Source of the DNA: Opitutaceae bacterium
Lineage (GTDB): Bacteria > Verrucomicrobiota > Verrucomicrobiia > Opitutales > Opitutaceae
Assembly (NCBI GenBank): GCA_017988885.1
Contig: JAGNQV010000001.1
Location: 1-56,180 of the forward strand
Direction: 5' to 3'
Length of the DNA stretch: 56,180 bases
In this document: positions 54,015-56,180 of the stretch, one piece after another
Layout of the letters: the number at the start of each line of letters is the position of its first letter
How positions within the stretch are numbered: position 1 is the first letter of the stretch
Made by a program: the position numbers and the translations under genes
The notes under the pieces: generated by a model
Told to the model about the DNA's origin: nothing
What the model saw: only the letters and a program-made list of their open reading frames with translations
Databases searched by the model: none

Positions 54015-54968
54015 ATGATTCTTTACCCTTTACTGCATCGCCCACGACTCCTGCGCGCCAATTTCGTCCGCGTGATGCACGGCTTCTCCCTCCTCGAAGT
54101 CGTGTTGGTCTTATTTGTCCTCGGCCTGCTGGCCACCGCTCTCGCCCCTTCTGTGCGCGACATCATCGAACGCGGCCGGCGCGAGGCGGAAGCCAGGTCG
54201 CTCGACGAACTGACCGCAAATATCACGGCGTCTTTCGAGCAGGCCGATCTGACGAACCTAAATCTTGCCGCACTCCCCGGCACGATTGGCCCAGGAGACA
54301 CGGCGACGGTATTCTCCACGTCCACCAGTGCCGGCTATGCGATCACCAATACGACCGACTGGTTTGCGAAGCTCGGACGGATGCGCGGAGTTACCCCGCA
54401 GATCGGCGCTGCACCCACGCCGACCATCCAGCCCGAACTGGCCCGGATTGCATTCAATGGACTCGGCAACCCGCGGCTCTTGATTGCCGGCCCAACCGAA
54501 TCCGGCCGGCAGCGCTTCCTACTCGTGAGCCTCATGGCCCGGAGCGACCAGCTTGTGCTGCCCGCCTACGAGAGCGGCGCGGCTTGGTTCGAGGCCCTTT
54601 GGCAAAATGATTGGGACAGCCGCACCGCGGTTCCTCCCACTTATTGGTCGGGTCGGCTCACCCTTGCTCAACTGGCGGCTTGGTCGGCCGGCTCCGCCGG
54701 AATGACGCAGGTCAGCCGGCTCGGTGTGCGCCGCATCGTTCTGCCCAAGTTTCGGCTGACGATAAACAACAACCATCCGTCAGAGGCCGCCTTCGCCACG
54801 TTCAACAACACGCCGAATGCGTTCAGCGCCCCGGCCAATTCCGGCGCCAACGTTTCACCCGAAATCCTCGGCGGCCGGCTCATCATCATTAACCGCGGAG
54901 CGGCTTGGCCCGGCGTCGAAGCCCTCCGGTTCGCCCTCCGCGAAAATCCCACCATCACCCTCCAATGA
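54015..54968 (+). CDS. prepilin-type N-terminal cleavage/methylation domain protein (large pseudopilin or minor-pilin-like)
   Basis: G|FSLLEVVLVLFVLGLLATALAP class III signal with Glu at +5. 317 aa, with no other recognisable domain. Confidence 0.75.
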   Translation: MILYPLLHRPRLLRANFVRVMHGFSLLEVVLVLFVLGLLATALAPSVRDIIERGRREAEARSLDELTANITASFEQADLTNLNLAALPGTIGPGDTATVFSTSTSAGYAITNTTDWFAKLGRMRGVTPQIGAAPTPTIQPELARIAFNGLGNPRLLIAGPTESGRQRFLLVSLMARSDQLVLPAYESGAAWFEALWQNDWDSRTAVPPTYWSGRLTLAQLAAWSAGSAGMTQVSRLGVRRIVLPKFRLTINNNHPSEAAFATFNNTPNAFSAPANSGANVSPEILGGRLIIINRGAAWPGVEALRFALRENPTITLQ

Positions 54969-56180
54969 AAATCCTCCTACCCTGCCTCCTTTTTTTCCTA
55001 GGCCTCGTCACTACGCGCGCGCAGATCACCGCCAGCTCCTACACCACGCAGACGGTCACGCTACCCGGCGACAGCTACACCCTCTATTTCGGAACCTTTT
55101 GGACCTGCACGGACTTTCCCGTCTCCAGCTCGCCGGGCCGAGTCGAACTGATCAACAGCCAAGGCAATCTAGTCGGCTGGGCCGAAGGCCACGTCGCTCA
55201 ATCCGGGGCCACCGGCCAAACCAACCTGGGTTCCGTCAGCGTCACAGCCAGCTCCATGAGCATCATGACCCCCGCGCTGACGGTCGCGGATGGATCGTTT
55301 TCTGGAATATGGAATATCACCGGAGTTTCACCCGGCACTTACACCCTCCGGTTTTGGGATTTCGAGAACCAGCCGGGTATGGTGTTCGTCGCCACCGTTT
55401 GGACGCGCACCTTGTTCCAAGGTGGATATGCTCCGCCGCCATTACAATACACGCTCACGACGAGTGCCGGAAGCGGGGGCAGCGTGTCGCCGGGCGGGGT
55501 CTTCAATCCCGGCACCACCGTCGCGGTCACCGCCACGCCGGATGCGCTGCATGATTTTGCGGGCTGGAACGGCGATGCCGGCGGCTCCACTAATCCGATC
55601 AGTGTTATGATCGATCGGGACAAGGCCGTGCAGGCGCTCTTTTCCCTAAAAAACTTCACCCTCACCACGAGCGCCAGCGGTGGCAGCGTAACGTCCGGTG
55701 GCACATACCCCTATGGGACCACGCTCACGCTTTCTGCCACGCCTGATTCGACCCATCGCTTCGTCGGCTGGACCGGCGATGCCAGCGGTTCCGCCCCTTC
55801 GGTCTCAATCACCATGAACAGCGCGAAGTCGGTGCAGGCCGTGTTCGTCGCCAAAAGCGCGCAGGCCATCACCTTTGACGCCCCAGCGACCCAGAATGTC
55901 GGCGCCAGTTTTCCACTCGTCGCCACCGCGTCCTCCGGTCTGCCCATCACCTTCACGGTGGTCAGCGGCCCCGCCACATTTAGCGGCGGCACTCTCACGA
56001 TCACCGGTCCCGGCATCGTCACGTTGGAGGCCTCCCAGCCGGGCGATGGATTCTACCTCGCGGCTCCACCGGTGACCCGGGCGCTCAGCGCCGCCGCTCC
56101 CGCCCTCCTCAAATACACGGCCGGCGCGCGGACCCTGCTCCAGACCGGCCGCACCCCGGAATCCATCCCCTACGTCATCC
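54965..56180 (+). CDS. secreted repeat protein (partial, runs off the window): two tandem InlB-B-repeat-like domains plus an Ig-like domain
   Basis: Not in the supplied track. I translated from ATG 54965 (ATGA overlap with the pseudopilin stop) and found 405 codons with no stop to the window end. Signal peptide MKILLPCLLFFLGLVTTRAQ. Repeats YTLTTSAGSGGSVSPGG...FAGWNGDAGG... and FTLTTSASGGSVTSGG...FVGWTGDASG.... Confidence 0.75.
   Translation, partial: MKILLPCLLFFLGLVTTRAQITASSYTTQTVTLPGDSYTLYFGTFWTCTDFPVSSSPGRVELINSQGNLVGWAEGHVAQSGATGQTNLGSVSVTASSMSIMTPALTVADGSFSGIWNITGVSPGTYTLRFWDFENQPGMVFVATVWTRTLFQGGYAPPPLQYTLTTSAGSGGSVSPGGVFNPGTTVAVTATPDALHDFAGWNGDAGGSTNPISVMIDRDKAVQALFSLKNFTLTTSASGGSVTSGGTYPYGTTLTLSATPDSTHRFVGWTGDASGSAPSVSITMNSAKSVQAVFVAKSAQAITFDAPATQNVGASFPLVATASSGLPITFTVVSGPATFSGGTLTITGPGIVTLEASQPGDGFYLAAPPVTRALSAAAPALLKYTAGARTLLQTGRTPESIPYVI
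55448..55855 (+). repeat. tandem duplication of a ~68-aa InlB-B-repeat-like module (aa 162-229 and 231-297 of the partial ORF)
   Basis: By-eye alignment of the two translated segments: shared TLTTSA.GGSV..GG....GTT..L.ATPD..H.F.GW.GDA.GS......M...K.VQA.F. Confidence 0.7.

Larger units (their letters stand above)
250..56180. mobile_element. conjugative-element-like region: Dtr/T4CP module (250-3270), recombinase trio (34577-38687), Trb-like Mpf module (44169-52142), with a glycan locus and accessory genes in between
   Basis: ParA-like ATPase, coupling protein, three integrase-like genes and a VirB2-B10 gene set co-occur in one window. No relaxase, att site or tRNA is visible, so the element boundaries are unknown. 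Confidence 0.5.

Noticed and set aside
1-56180. CRISPR arrays, rRNA genes, IS elements with terminal inverted repeats
   Set aside because: I saw no regularly spaced repeat-spacer structure, no rRNA-like conserved blocks and no transposase-like ORF on either strand. By-eye scanning cannot exclude short or degenerate elements.

Overview
This is a high-GC bacterial window (hand counts of single 60-nt lines give 60-70% GC in most coding regions). I read it as a conjugative-element-like region carrying a very large surface-glycan locus. All family calls are motif-level readings by eye; no searches were run.

- **114-3270, + strand:** a palindrome, four 11-bp-phased direct repeats and a sigma70-like promoter. 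These are followed by a small HTH protein, a ParA-like ATPase, a coiled-coil membrane protein and a VirD4/TraG-type coupling protein.
- **3343-34439:** about 31 kb of polysaccharide/O-antigen-type genes.
  - One gene is on the + strand (Wzy_C/O-antigen-ligase-like). The rest form a nearly gapless - strand super-operon.
  - Initiating and tailoring genes: a PglF/PglC/PglE-like initiating module, a DUF4838-like protein, an EpsI-like protein, a HAD hydrolase, an ATP-grasp enzyme, a nucleotidyltransferase, an APH-like kinase and a dTMP-kinase-like P-loop protein.
  - Assembly genes: several GT2/GT4 glycosyltransferases, a Wzy-like protein and a Wzx flippase.
  - Sugar-nucleotide and decoration genes: a TagF/TagD/GDPD glycerol-phosphate module, two methyltransferases, a Per-like aminotransferase, a cupin and gmd-fcl-gmd.
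- **34577-38687:** three tandem paralogous, non-canonical tyrosine-recombinase-like genes. The last is fused to a GbsR-like wHTH. A divergent XRE regulator follows.
- **38972-44102:** an accessory islet with an AraC regulator, an AbiEi antitoxin next to a decayed AbiEii toxin, and a tandem-RHH protein with a ClpB-D2-only AAA+ ATPase.
- **44169-52142:** a Trb/VirB-type T4SS operon in trbC-(D/E)-J-K-L-F-G-I order, with no TrbB/VirB11 ATPase in the window.
- **52139-56180:** the T4SS operon runs by translational coupling into a GspB/PilP-like lipoprotein, a GspF/PilC platform protein and a prepilin-type protein. A signal-peptide InlB-B-repeat protein follows and runs off the window; it is absent from the supplied ORF track.

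I found no rRNA, tRNA or CRISPR array.
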